A stretch of 52,757 nt of DNA from a virus (taxonomy: Duplodnaviria; Caudoviricetes): the IMG/VR virus record IMGVR_UViG_3300013014_000040, positions 1-52,757 of that record. One strand, 5' to 3'. The position numbers were made by a program, and so were the translations under genes. This document shows, piece by piece, positions 11,201 to 21,268 of this stretch. The notes beneath the pieces were generated by a model that was not told where the DNA came from, searched no databases, and saw only the letters and a list, made by a program, of their open reading frames with translations. How positions within the stretch are numbered: the first letter of the stretch is position 1; each line of letters starts with the position of its first letter.

Positions 11201-11408
11201 CTAGTTCTGGTGACATATCTGTTTTAGCGTGGACAATATCTCCAGCCACATAGATTAAACTGTCTTTTGTTTTTGTCTTTTTAATGTAAGTATATAACTT
11301 TTTAAATACTTGCTGGTATTCATCGTGTCGTTTAACATTCCTAACATGTACATCTGCAATGTGATAAATTTTATCAATATGCTCTAACCCAATATCTATA
11401 GTAAACAT
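8262..11408 (-). CDS. sbcD-sbcC: fused SbcD/Mre11 nuclease - SbcC/Rad50 ATPase (gp47-gp46-like) recombination nuclease
   Basis: Phosphoesterase motifs ADVH, AGD, GNHD, HHG, GDIH; Walker A APNASGKST; coiled coil with CKYC Zn-hook; LSSGME signature; Walker B LAIDEGFG; H-loop ISH. Confidence 0.92.
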   Translation of the reverse strand: MFTIDIGLEHIDKIYHIADVHVRNVKRHDEYQQVFKKLYTYIKKTKTKDSLIYVAGDIVHAKTDMSPELVHVVSDFFQNLADIAPTIIICGNHDCNLNNATRLDAISPIVKALNHPQLHYLKDNGIYCISDVHFNVMSIFNKPSEYIKAKDFDGKYKIALHHGAVNLAQTDIGMTLSNTHVTNELFEGHDLVLLGDIHKLQFLDSKKTIAYPGSLIQQNHGEALHHGILVWDLATSTSEFIELVNDHGYYTFEIDNGVILNPSNDVPKKPKLRLKVKDTETSVLKTIVSELRKQYKVQEIAIHKVNALSNYDSKQKVNFGDIRDVEWQNTAITDYLNDEYALDEELLDCVRHINRTVHGKLPESEITRNALWTPKMFEFSNMFSYGNDNVVDFSTLNGSYGLFAPNASGKSTLLDALAFCCFDRCSRTTKAIHVLNNKRSNFDCKFQFELDGKDYFIQRTGKKNNKGHVKVDVNFWVIDENGEEVLLNGDQRDTTNKIIRQYLGSYEDFVLTALSLQSNNTGFIDMSQRERKELLTQFLDIDVFEQQYQIANEEIRETAALIREYKRIDHSTSLAEAGQSITNLSKSLANITKQKSELESMKDDLTEIVISMTKELKTIGTGIEKPDNIRVKVDKKQIELDSLLAQVDDITAQLDTVIINIDSTAHTLSIYDLDLLDAEKQAILNNIDTHRELTSREKLLDMDIVHAEKMVSKLEKHQWDPNCKYCMANPWLQDTKKASERLPELQKEYMTLQAEIAAIWPKCDMYSINKAYVTIHELKALEGKYILKQSELQLKDQKLKSAIQNVNADLQELNRFLNDSLQHIDDLKFNEEKNEEILEHQQEIAGLTNEIKSLEANILQISGKILMAEQAKHDAEKAITRLHDLEIQYKGYEYYLLSVKRDGVPYRLITKALPQIEAEINNILAQIVDFSILLETDGKNINGYIVYDQDNFWPLELSSGMEKFIASLAIRTSLIKISSLPRPNFLAIDEGFGVLDSDNLNSMFALFDYLKSQFGFIMCISHIDAMRDIVDKLIEIKKEYGYSKISYS

Positions 11409-12322
11409 AGTATTTTCTCTTCTATTAATTTATTTGCAGTTAACTGCGGCGTCAAGTCTAATAATTCTTTTATCTTTAAGAATCCTAATTTACTAGGATC
11501 TTTATCTGTTAAGTCTACAAAGTATACATTAACTCCGTTACTTATAAAATACTCAGCAGCTTCTAATGCTTGCTTACGAGCATCTAAATCTAAACATATG
11601 TAAATGTCCGTCACTCCCTTTTCAACAATACGTTTCTTTAAAGTATTTGAGATAGTCTTACCAAACAATGGAATAACGTTACGTTTGATTGCAATTGCAT
11701 CAAATGCTCCTTCTACTAATATAATAGGCATAGTCCAGTTTATATGTAATTCAAATCCAACTATATCTTTTGATACTTTAGGATTCTTATGTTTATACAT
11801 ATCTGACTCGTAATAAGCTCTAGCTACAAAGTAGTTTAAACTCCCATTAGCATCGTAACTAGGAATTATAATTTTTTTAGCGTATTGGCCTTTCCTACAG
11901 TACCCCATTCTATACTTAAGAATATCTTTAATAGTGATACCTCGATTCTTAAGATAATAAATAGCATTTCTATACTCCGGAGATGTCGTATCCAATACCC
12001 ATAATGGACGATATTCTTCTGGCAATGTAACAACCGGAGTATCTGTTGTAGTCTTAGTAGGTTTATATTCTGTCTCATCTACTAGTTTAAGTAATTGAGC
12101 AATCTTATCGCGTTGAACATTAAGTTTACGAAACAAGACACTTAACTTTCTACCAGATGCATTACAAACCCAGCAATGCCAGTATTGTGTTACAAGATTA
12201 ACTTCTAGCTTCTTCTTTTGAGTATGACAGAATGGACAACAATAAGCTATGTTATCGTTGGAATTCGTTTTGCCTTTACCTAAGACAGAATCTAATAAAG
12301 TGATTAAAGAGTACTTACTCAT
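11396..12322 (-). CDS. DNA primase (Zn-finger + TOPRIM; DnaG/gp61-like)
   Basis: CPFCH...WHCWVC Zn-finger; YLKNRGI; ILVEGAFDAI; ICLDLDA (DxD). Confidence 0.9.
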   Translation of the reverse strand: MSKYSLITLLDSVLGKGKTNSNDNIAYCCPFCHTQKKKLEVNLVTQYWHCWVCNASGRKLSVLFRKLNVQRDKIAQLLKLVDETEYKPTKTTTDTPVVTLPEEYRPLWVLDTTSPEYRNAIYYLKNRGITIKDILKYRMGYCRKGQYAKKIIIPSYDANGSLNYFVARAYYESDMYKHKNPKVSKDIVGFELHINWTMPIILVEGAFDAIAIKRNVIPLFGKTISNTLKKRIVEKGVTDIYICLDLDARKQALEAAEYFISNGVNVYFVDLTDKDPSKLGFLKIKELLDLTPQLTANKLIEEKILCLL

Positions 12323-12405
12323 TATAATATTATAACATTATATGATTAGCAACGTTATTATATAACATTGTTTCATTCATTAACTTTCATAAAAATTTAT
12401 TAATA

Positions 12406-12437
12406 TGAATTTATATAAAAAATCTCATAAGATCAAG
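12406..12437 (-). promoter_or_regulatory. putative host-RNAP (early/middle) promoter CTTG-N20-TAAATTCA
   Basis: Same spacing as six other copies; lies in the intergenic gap upstream of the primase. Confidence 0.4.
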
Positions 12438-12840
12438 AGATTAGCCAACTTTCCGGAATCTTTTTTTCTGCCCACTGAATTCCATGCTTATCACAAAAGT
12501 CTGCATATGATGTTTTTGAACCTTTACGAATCTTGGTTTTTGGGCTTTGAAAGAGGATGCGTACATCGAGCTCCGGGTGTTGTTCTTTAACTAATAAGTG
12601 CTTTTTACGGTCTTCTGTAGTCCAACGACCCTTTGTTTCTATTAGTATTCCATTCGGTAACGTGAAATCAACTGTATATTTTGACTGGCGTTCCGGTACT
12701 GTATACTTGATAACAGTCTGTTCGTACTTAGGATCTATATTTAATTCTTCTAACTGTTCAGATATCTTATGTTCGAAACCTGAGCGATAACCGTATTTGA
12801 TAGCGTTCGACCGTATCTTAGACTTTACATTCCATGCCAT
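12433..12840 (-). CDS. T7 endonuclease I-like Holliday junction resolvase
   Basis: YRSGFE, YTVDFTLPNGILIETKGRW, DRKKHLLVKEQHPELDVRILFQ match the T7 gp3 family. Confidence 0.92.
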   Translation of the reverse strand: MAWNVKSKIRSNAIKYGYRSGFEHKISEQLEELNIDPKYEQTVIKYTVPERQSKYTVDFTLPNGILIETKGRWTTEDRKKHLLVKEQHPELDVRILFQSPKTKIRKGSKTSYADFCDKHGIQWAEKKIPESWLIS

Positions 12841-12855
12841 AACTTATTCCTTTTA

Positions 12856-12864
12856 TATAAATAT
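12856..12864 (-). promoter_or_regulatory. putative late promoter ATATTTATA
   Basis: Repeated motif upstream of ATG 12840. Confidence 0.65.
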
Positions 12865-12869
12865 GATGA

Positions 12870-14711
12870 TTAGTAATCCCAACGAAGAATTATATTTGTC
12901 GGTATATCATCACGTTTTTGTATTGCTTGACCCAATTTTCCTACGGCTAACAACTGGCCTTTATTATTGTACAATCCAATTGTAGTGATATATGGATATA
13001 TACTGCCTGATATAAATCCTGTTAAACGATACTCACCTGGCTCGTTATATCGTTCAGCTCCTCGACCCGGTCCTGCTGTATTACAATTATTATCTTGCCC
13101 ACTACCCATTCTAAATGTAGCAGTAGGGTTAGTACTTACATTCATAACATCTGCTGGTACACGTACCATTACTTCATTTTCATAAACGGTACGTTGGCCT
13201 CTATATGTTAAATTCCAATCTCCGATAAAGAATCCAGATCCGGAATTATATTTTGGTAATGGCGATGTTATAACTACTTGTTCATTTCTATAAAATACAT
13301 TTCCGGCTACATTAGTTTGATATAGTGAGCCAGATAAATAATGTCTATTAGCTAATGACTGTATAGCAGTATCATTTAACGAATAATCATAAAAACGTAA
13401 CTCAGCTAAATTGCCTTTATACCCAAATCGATATGTAGTATCAACAGCTCCTATTATAATATCAGCCATATTCACTGTTGTTTCTGATGGTATAAAGTTT
13501 ACAGCTTCTGATACACCGTTTCGGTATATTGTGATATTATCTCCGTTATATACAATAGCATAATGTTGCCATATGGATGCAGACACTCCGGCATATAACT
13601 CGGTTGTTGTATTGCCATCACTAGCAATAAATTTTAATGACGGACGATCACCGGTCGCTACAGTGTAACTAGCAGATACATAACTACTAGATACATAAAA
13701 GTTATTTAATACAGTACCTAAGCTTATTTCAAAAGGTGTTTTATAACCAACCCATGGCTCTGTTAAATGATTTGGACGATTAATAACTGTATCAGCATAT
13801 CCTATCACTGTACCGGTATTATTACCATTAGGTATAGGCTGCAATTGTCTAGTTACTGAACCTTTTGATAGAATAACACTTGGAGCTGTTGTACTATTTA
13901 ATGAAGCCGAATCTGGATTAATCCAGAATGATATAGACCATCGGTCACAATGATTAAACCTATTATAAATTTCGTTATTAGCTAATCGTATATAACTAGA
14001 CCCGTTAAAGTATCCAGATAATCCAGAATCATGTACATTAGATGTACCATTGATTAAAGTAACCCCCGGCCGAATTTCTACATTACATACAATACTATCA
14101 ACGGTTGTATTTTGACGTTGAAATGTAATATTACCTGCGTCAATTAATCCAAAATTATTATTGAACTTACGGTACGTGTCATTAAATGTATAATACATAC
14201 GTAAATAACTAGCAGATGCAAATGAGCTAGTTAGTATAAGCGAATCACGTAAGCTACCATATGAATCATCGCGTAATGTAATCTGTTGTCCACTAACAGA
14301 ACTAGATACAGTAACACTCCCTGGCTTTATTCGTTCGCCGGCATCTAAATATGGAATGGCTATTGTGGAAGCCGAATAAAATAAAAATTTATAGTTTTTA
14401 TCAATATTTGTTAACTCACTACTTCTAGCCCAATCATATGGGTATCGATAAAATCGATGATCTAAGCTACGCCATTCAATATTTTGATCTGACTGATCTG
14501 TATTAAGTAAAAATCTAGATGACGGGTCATTTGTACTGATGAAACCTGTATTATGTACTGCCGATCGAATATAATAACCAGAACTAGTATTAGCTAAGTT
14601 ACAACTTGATCCTGTTATATTTGTAACAGTATACTGTTTGTATACTTTAAAAGGTCGTACATGTACGTCATTAAATCGTACCGGTCTAAATACAGATGGT
14701 GTAGCTGACAT
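12870..14711 (-). CDS. baseplate/tail structural protein with LamG-like (concanavalin A) domain
   Basis: FNGSSYI, WSISFWI, WQHYAIVYNG..IYRNG, YKGNLAELRFYD; C-terminal YITTIGLYN..QLLAVGKL. Confidence 0.8.
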   Translation of the reverse strand: MSATPSVFRPVRFNDVHVRPFKVYKQYTVTNITGSSCNLANTSSGYYIRSAVHNTGFISTNDPSSRFLLNTDQSDQNIEWRSLDHRFYRYPYDWARSSELTNIDKNYKFLFYSASTIAIPYLDAGERIKPGSVTVSSSVSGQQITLRDDSYGSLRDSLILTSSFASASYLRMYYTFNDTYRKFNNNFGLIDAGNITFQRQNTTVDSIVCNVEIRPGVTLINGTSNVHDSGLSGYFNGSSYIRLANNEIYNRFNHCDRWSISFWINPDSASLNSTTAPSVILSKGSVTRQLQPIPNGNNTGTVIGYADTVINRPNHLTEPWVGYKTPFEISLGTVLNNFYVSSSYVSASYTVATGDRPSLKFIASDGNTTTELYAGVSASIWQHYAIVYNGDNITIYRNGVSEAVNFIPSETTVNMADIIIGAVDTTYRFGYKGNLAELRFYDYSLNDTAIQSLANRHYLSGSLYQTNVAGNVFYRNEQVVITSPLPKYNSGSGFFIGDWNLTYRGQRTVYENEVMVRVPADVMNVSTNPTATFRMGSGQDNNCNTAGPGRGAERYNEPGEYRLTGFISGSIYPYITTIGLYNNKGQLLAVGKLGQAIQKRDDIPTNIILRWDY

Positions 14712-14720
14712 ATCATTTTA

Positions 14721-16076
14721 TTAAAAATCTAATTTTACTTTGATAAGAGCTTCGCGAGTAAATGATTTCAATATTGGCTTACTAAGTTTAGCTACTGCTA
14801 ACAATTCTTTATTGGTATTATAAAGGCCTACTGTTGTAATATATACTTGAGGATCTTGGAAGAAAGTTGCATATTTTAAATCTCCATATGAACCTGTTGT
14901 AAATGAAGGATTATTTGTGTAATTATACTCAGCATTTTTTACACGTACAAAGTAATACGTAGATTTTACTTGTTCAGATGATCTGGCTTGAATTCCGTAA
15001 TTAAAGGTTGTAGTACTAGAAATAGCACCTGAGCCTGATAATGAAGTATACATCTTCATGGCATTATCACCTTGCACTTGAGATCCGGTAGTTGTATTAA
15101 ACGAAGCTGAAAGATTTAATCGATCTCCATCTAATACTACAACTCCATAGTCAGGGTAAAATAAACCAAAGTATTGTGGTGCTGATGGATTAAATAATGT
15201 AGCTCCACCATCAATAGTACCAGATACAATATTGTACACTCTTCCAGCTTCACCTATAGTACCTAAAGTAGTTGATGAATCATCAATCAATCGTAATACT
15301 GCATTTGCGCTGTTAACTCTTACATTTGATCCGGTATGTACATTATTTGCATATAACGACCCAGATAAGTAAGCTAAATTGATTTCTAAGTTTCCTGGGT
15401 CAATTTTTTCTCTCCAACGAGCTCTATTAAAATTCAATACATAAATATTATCAGTATCACGTCCGTTAATAGTAAATTTATAATCGGTAGGATTTAGTAA
15501 TGTTTGAGCCCATTGCGCATAAATTGCTCGAGATGGAGTATCATTATTAAGGTTACCTGTTAAATCAACTGAACCAGATCCAGCATAATTACCGTATGCA
15601 ATAGAAAATTGCGGTTCGGTGCCAGGACCACCACAATTGCAATCTCCAGTATATATCTCACGATAATATGTATTCTGTATTGAAGTTTCTAATGAACTTG
15701 TATAAAATGATAACATACTTCCGGAGTTACATGAAAATAATCCCTTTGTAACAGTATCGACATTGTTAGGTAAAATGTCGTCTACGGAATTAAATGTTGT
15801 ATAAATACGTCCGCCGCGAGGTGGTCTCATACTAGGACCAACAATTATACCATTAGGGCCACTATTAGCATTCTGTACGGTATTACCGAAACTATCTGTT
15901 TGCATGCCATCTCTTACCGGACCGCTATTTCCAGCTCCACCTGACGTAGTCGATCCAGGACTACCTGCTGCTAACCAGTTTAAATACGCATTCTGTGTAG
16001 CTGCTGCGTTATTTAAATTTACTCCCAAATTTGTTGCCCAAGTTAAAAAAGCCTGGGGATACTGTTGTGCTGCCAT
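14721..16076 (-). CDS. baseplate/tail-collar-like structural protein
   Basis: C-terminal YITTVGLYNTNKELLAVAKLSKPILK is paralogous to the neighbour; structural context. Confidence 0.75.
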   Translation of the reverse strand: MAAQQYPQAFLTWATNLGVNLNNAAATQNAYLNWLAAGSPGSTTSGGAGNSGPVRDGMQTDSFGNTVQNANSGPNGIIVGPSMRPPRGGRIYTTFNSVDDILPNNVDTVTKGLFSCNSGSMLSFYTSSLETSIQNTYYREIYTGDCNCGGPGTEPQFSIAYGNYAGSGSVDLTGNLNNDTPSRAIYAQWAQTLLNPTDYKFTINGRDTDNIYVLNFNRARWREKIDPGNLEINLAYLSGSLYANNVHTGSNVRVNSANAVLRLIDDSSTTLGTIGEAGRVYNIVSGTIDGGATLFNPSAPQYFGLFYPDYGVVVLDGDRLNLSASFNTTTGSQVQGDNAMKMYTSLSGSGAISSTTTFNYGIQARSSEQVKSTYYFVRVKNAEYNYTNNPSFTTGSYGDLKYATFFQDPQVYITTVGLYNTNKELLAVAKLSKPILKSFTREALIKVKLDF

Positions 16077-16111
16077 ATTATTCTATTTTATTATTTTATC
16101 TTATTATTTTA

Positions 16112-16780
16112 TTATCCACTAATACCTTGACCAGGTGTAGTCGCTACTTGTAATTGAAGCACTGTAACATTAATTGTTACACGTCCGCCGGTCTCATTAC
16201 CGATAATTAATATAGTTGCTTGCTTATTTTGTGTTATTTGAGGAGCTCCAGTAAACTGGAATGTCTGTCCTGTAACTGTAACACTTTGTGCTGATTCATT
16301 GTCGCCAATAAATTGCGGAACTGATGCACCTGTTTGCAACGGAGCATTATTTACAGCATATATAGTACCAGCATCCGAATCAGATAATATCGCTGTATAT
16401 CCATATTGAGAATTACCACCAGCAAAATTAACGGTTTGTGGTTGAATAGTAAATGATTGACCTGAATCAAGTGTAATATCTGTTTGAGCAACGGCTACTA
16501 CCGGTATTCTTACAGTACCACGTGGTAACGTTACTAATTTATATTTCAACATTAATGTCTCATCTGGTAAAGCTTCGATGATAGGCATATTTTCTATTGC
16601 AGCGCCGTAATATGCAGTACCTAGCGGATGTTCTGTATTGTATAACCCGTAGTCAATTTCATCATCAGCTAAAGCGAATTGAGTAATTACAAATTCGTTT
16701 TGACCACGTGCCAATAACTCTCTCCCTTTTTTAGTAAGGATAGCATCTACTGTTATTGTACTATTATCTAAATATCCCAT
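16112..16780 (-). CDS. baseplate/tail-collar-like structural protein
   Basis: ILTKKGRELLA...ITQFALADDEIDY resembles the N-part of tail-collar (P2 gpH N-terminal) domains. Confidence 0.72.
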   Translation of the reverse strand: MGYLDNSTITVDAILTKKGRELLARGQNEFVITQFALADDEIDYGLYNTEHPLGTAYYGAAIENMPIIEALPDETLMLKYKLVTLPRGTVRIPVVAVAQTDITLDSGQSFTIQPQTVNFAGGNSQYGYTAILSDSDAGTIYAVNNAPLQTGASVPQFIGDNESAQSVTVTGQTFQFTGAPQITQNKQATILIIGNETGGRVTINVTVLQLQVATTPGQGISG

Positions 16781-16797
16781 AAAATTCCTTATTTTTT

Positions 16798-16806
16798 AAT
16801 AAATAT
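16798..16806 (-). promoter_or_regulatory. putative late promoter ATATTTATT
   Basis: Repeated motif upstream of ATG 16780. Confidence 0.65.
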
Positions 16807-16820
16807 GCATGTCATTAAAA

Positions 16821-19800
16821 TTACCGAACAATTAAATTTCCAGGCTGTCTACTACCACCACCTCGACTAGGAGTAGTTGTTGAAGGCGTTCCAGAATATA
16901 TTAGTTGATTTGGATTTGTTATGTAAACTTCAACAACTGGCATATAGCCAATTGGTAAATTTGTCGGCCTATTGATACCTGGGGCACTTATACGACATCC
17001 ATCGTAGTATAAATTATTTACGTTAGTAAAAAAATCGTCATGGTAGCATGCGCGAGCTACACTTTCACTATAATACATTCCTGCTGATTGGCTAACCGCA
17101 TGATCCCAATTCCTACGCATAGGATCTCCATATGTACTACTTCCAGAATAATGATATATAGGTTCTTGGTAAACATAACTCGTACGACAACGATCTATTA
17201 TTGTTTCTAAACCATAATGGCATACTTCATTAACAATACGTGTTATATTTAAATCTTGTATTGTCGGCTGCGACCCTCCAAGAGTATTATTAGTGAGAGT
17301 AGTAACTAGAGCTACATTATTTGTATTAGGTGGTATTGATACATGGTCATGTAAAATACTATAATTAGCACTAGTACCAGATATAAATAAATTACTAACA
17401 TTCTCACTAATCGTAGCTTTTAATGGCATGTCATCGGACCATACTATAATCTTTGTTCTTACCGCGTAACTACCGCTTGCATATAATATAGTACTCAATC
17501 TAAAGTTAAAAATAAAATCATAATCAACTAAGTACTCTGTATTGACATTGAATAGCGAATATAATTCATCGGACTGTTGCCCAATAGACATAGGGCCAGT
17601 TGTAGTAATATATGTACTACCCGTATCATCGGCAAGTACACTCAGCCCAACACCGGACCATCCATCTGCAGACCCCAAAGAAGCGGTATATACTGATTGT
17701 AATAAAGCAGTATCCCGCGGTCTTTCATCTACGGGCGGAGTAAATATAGTACAATAATTGGATCCTGATGGTACCATTGCAAAAGTAGCAACAGCCTCTG
17801 TAATATATGCAGAGTCGGTTAACGTAGCTCCGGATAATACCGTACCAGTATATTCATCGACAAATTCAGAATTGTTTAACGTAGCAGAACCTGACACTAT
17901 ACCAGTATAATCTAAAAACGTGTCACCACTTGTAACCGGACTAGTAGTAGGTAATACTATGTTTAATGTATCATCCTCTACCGTAATACCTTTATAAATC
18001 GGCATTTTAACACGCTCTAACGCATGTGGTTCAACTAGTAATCCGTATACATAATCAGCACGTTCAGGTAACAATTGCTTAATTTGATTGAACAACGAAA
18101 AGTCGAATTGACTAAAAATACGTATATATGCATTAACATCATTACGATCAGAAAACTTTTTCCAATATTGTTTTGAAAATTTAACTAAATCGGGATATGT
18201 ATATTCAAACTCATCACTAGGATCGCCTATAAAATCGTCTATTTCAACTCGTCCAATATGATTGAATATATCTTTATTCAATTGGTCGGCCATACTATAA
18301 AACATTCCCAACTTATTATCATCTACTGGGTATAAATCATATCTAGAACGTTCGCCTGATGTAATGGGAGATAATCTACGAACTAACTCATTATCATCTA
18401 ATCGAATCTTTTGTGAATAAAAATTATTACCACCTAACGAAGTACCAGGTATATAATAAGTTTCTTCGACTGCTTCATAATTACCACGTTGAAGATTTAA
18501 AGGAATTTTAAATCCTTGCAAGCTCGCAGTCGTTTCAAACGGCATTGACGTAGATCCAAAGTTTGTCAATCTACGATACGGCTGACTACTAGATATAGTA
18601 CTATTAACACTGCTCAAATCATAAGCTTTAGTATCAGATCCAAACGTAAACTGTCGTATCAATGTATCAAAACTACTCGATGGCGATAACCCTGACGCAT
18701 AACTAGTAGGATTAATTGTATGATCATAAAATGCCGAGTCAGATAAAATTTCTAACCAAGATCTATATTCTTGTAAATTACCATTAAACATGGTAGGTAC
18801 ACCATTTAAACCTAAAGATGCAGTTAAATATCCATTTATACCTAATGCGTCTGTATCACTTAACGAACCGGAACTACCACCAATATTAAGTATATATAAC
18901 GGAGTTGGACTACACCAAAATTGATAATGACTGCCAGTACTAGGAGTTGCTGACGCAGATACTGCATGCACTACTTTAGCATTAATAAAATCAGACTTTT
19001 TCTGTACACGTATATCGTATACAGTATCAGTATTTGGTACGGCATTATAATGTAACGCTGATGTTTTAAACTGCAATCGCAAATTCCACCAATCATTATC
19101 ATAAATAGGCGCCCAATCAGTAGTAGCTTTCAATGGAGTTACTATAGAAGCACTACCTTGCGCCATTATAAAATGCACGCGTCCATAATTACCGGATCCG
19201 GAATATGAAGCTGTATGTTCCAAAGCTACATGCCATACATTTGATCCATTTGCTGTATTTGTAACAGCATAGCCTAAATCATGATAAAGTGGATCAACAT
19301 ACTCAGTTGTTGTATTTTCTTTAGTATATGACATTAACAACATGGATTGTGCCACGCTAGGCTTAAAGCGTATCTCATGTGTCATGATAGGAATAATTCC
19401 TCTGCTAATACCCCATTCAGTATTACTAGATGTAACATGATGCATATGTGCAGAAACTTGGCTTTCACCAGTTAAACGAAGAGCATATGCAAAACGATCT
19501 TCAATTAAAGAAGGGGCATCATTGTCCGCTAGCGGACCGCCATATTCTCGTATAGAAAGTAAAGTCTGCGGAATACCATAAGTATTCATTAAAGCTTTAA
19601 CACTACGTGACGTGCCCTTAGTTTTTAATAAGTACGGTAAATTATTTACAATTCGACGCCATACTTCTGTAGTAATATCTTCGTTTGATTTACTAAATAA
19701 ACTACCGGTACTCTGATATGAACCAGAAGTATCAGTACCTAATTTATATTTCCATAACGCAGTAGCTTGATTTCCATTTGCTAACTTCCATCCTAAACTT

Positions 19801-21263
19801 TCAGCGATAGTATATAAAACCTCACGGCTCTTACCCAACTTAGGATTTTCTTCAGGTTTATATGTATCTGTTAATGCAGTAATATATGAATATAGAATAT
19901 CAAAGTGATGGCCTATCATATTAACGAACAATTCATATTCACTATTATTAGCATCATTACGAATGTGTTCTGGTACTGTTTTTACTAAAGCATTATTATT
20001 TTCTATGTCATAATATGAAGCTGTTGCACTAAATCCGTCATACCAATTAACTGCTATCGGCTCCGATGTTGAATATAAATGATATGATCCTGAATGTAAA
20101 TATTTTGGCCATGGTGTTAATGCATATCCATCTGCCCCAATATAACTTCCAGATGTACCATGTGTAGTCAAACTAGCAGTAGACTCGGTATATAACCAAC
20201 GTTCAAAGCCATCAAAACTACCAATTACATTATTTTTAAGATTAGTTGTTATTGATATATTATTTTGAAGTGCATTATTATCACTACCGATTGCTGAATC
20301 TAATGTTGTTAATTGCGCATCATAGTGTTCAATTAATTCTAATTTATATTTAAAATTTGCTAAACGTTCATAGGCTGAAGAATAAAACACAAAATTATCA
20401 AATGCAGAATAATCAACGTTTAATTGAATTCCGGATAACGACCCAGAAAAATATCTATCAATAATTTGTTGTGATGTAGATAAATTAGTACCTAATAAAT
20501 CATTCCATGTTTTAAAATCGGTTTCCGTAACTGTATTGTATTCGTCTGCAAATTCAAAATTAGGGCCGCGTAATAAATTTACTACATTGTCTTCGGGTGT
20601 AATTGTAACATTAACATTGTCAGTATACGAATCAGCTAATTCTTCAACTATCCATAACGTATCTGTTAAATTAATATCTGCAGGTAATGGTTGGTATAAA
20701 CGAAATGCAATTGTATCTGGCTCTAATACGTTTGATAAAGAATAATCACGTTGATTAATAATCTTAACAATATTATTCTTTCCAAAATTGACAGCTAAAT
20801 CACGATCGAATGCAGATTCTACAGTTGATAGATAATTTGCTACTGCATTACCATATAACGCTATCCGATCAGGTGCCAATGGAACTAAACGTACAACTAT
20901 CTCTCTTCTATCAGGCGATATTTCTTTAACCTGTATAAGTTGATTGAGTTCATCGCCTAATAAATTACGATGTATATTTGAAACTACTTCATAATATCCA
21001 TGCTGTATATCGACAGAGTTAAAAAACTCGCCATAATTTATGGCTATAGTATTACCAGTTAACTGAAATGCAGATGTACTGCCTCCCGTTATATAACGTC
21101 CCCCACCCGAATATAAATGTAATTCAACTGTAGGCCTTTCATCAGGATAGATAATCTGTGTACCTAATTGCATTTGTGCAATATCATCTTGTGTCCAGGA
21201 TATTGCTCTTACCGCACCCTTCGTTGATAATATGTAATCTTTATTCGAAAATCTTTCTAACAT
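16821..21263 (-). CDS. large baseplate wedge protein (gp7 / P2 gpI-like core)
   Basis: 1480 aa; LYTIAESLGW...RRIVNNLPYLLKTKGTSRSVKALMNTYGI, the K-G-T motif of tail-formation/wedge proteins. Confidence 0.75.
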   Translation of the reverse strand: MLERFSNKDYILSTKGAVRAISWTQDDIAQMQLGTQIIYPDERPTVELHLYSGGGRYITGGSTSAFQLTGNTIAINYGEFFNSVDIQHGYYEVVSNIHRNLLGDELNQLIQVKEISPDRREIVVRLVPLAPDRIALYGNAVANYLSTVESAFDRDLAVNFGKNNIVKIINQRDYSLSNVLEPDTIAFRLYQPLPADINLTDTLWIVEELADSYTDNVNVTITPEDNVVNLLRGPNFEFADEYNTVTETDFKTWNDLLGTNLSTSQQIIDRYFSGSLSGIQLNVDYSAFDNFVFYSSAYERLANFKYKLELIEHYDAQLTTLDSAIGSDNNALQNNISITTNLKNNVIGSFDGFERWLYTESTASLTTHGTSGSYIGADGYALTPWPKYLHSGSYHLYSTSEPIAVNWYDGFSATASYYDIENNNALVKTVPEHIRNDANNSEYELFVNMIGHHFDILYSYITALTDTYKPEENPKLGKSREVLYTIAESLGWKLANGNQATALWKYKLGTDTSGSYQSTGSLFSKSNEDITTEVWRRIVNNLPYLLKTKGTSRSVKALMNTYGIPQTLLSIREYGGPLADNDAPSLIEDRFAYALRLTGESQVSAHMHHVTSSNTEWGISRGIIPIMTHEIRFKPSVAQSMLLMSYTKENTTTEYVDPLYHDLGYAVTNTANGSNVWHVALEHTASYSGSGNYGRVHFIMAQGSASIVTPLKATTDWAPIYDNDWWNLRLQFKTSALHYNAVPNTDTVYDIRVQKKSDFINAKVVHAVSASATPSTGSHYQFWCSPTPLYILNIGGSSGSLSDTDALGINGYLTASLGLNGVPTMFNGNLQEYRSWLEILSDSAFYDHTINPTSYASGLSPSSSFDTLIRQFTFGSDTKAYDLSSVNSTISSSQPYRRLTNFGSTSMPFETTASLQGFKIPLNLQRGNYEAVEETYYIPGTSLGGNNFYSQKIRLDDNELVRRLSPITSGERSRYDLYPVDDNKLGMFYSMADQLNKDIFNHIGRVEIDDFIGDPSDEFEYTYPDLVKFSKQYWKKFSDRNDVNAYIRIFSQFDFSLFNQIKQLLPERADYVYGLLVEPHALERVKMPIYKGITVEDDTLNIVLPTTSPVTSGDTFLDYTGIVSGSATLNNSEFVDEYTGTVLSGATLTDSAYITEAVATFAMVPSGSNYCTIFTPPVDERPRDTALLQSVYTASLGSADGWSGVGLSVLADDTGSTYITTTGPMSIGQQSDELYSLFNVNTEYLVDYDFIFNFRLSTILYASGSYAVRTKIIVWSDDMPLKATISENVSNLFISGTSANYSILHDHVSIPPNTNNVALVTTLTNNTLGGSQPTIQDLNITRIVNEVCHYGLETIIDRCRTSYVYQEPIYHYSGSSTYGDPMRRNWDHAVSQSAGMYYSESVARACYHDDFFTNVNNLYYDGCRISAPGINRPTNLPIGYMPVVEVYITNPNQLIYSGTPSTTTPSRGGGSRQPGNLIVR

Positions 21264-21268
21264 GTTAA

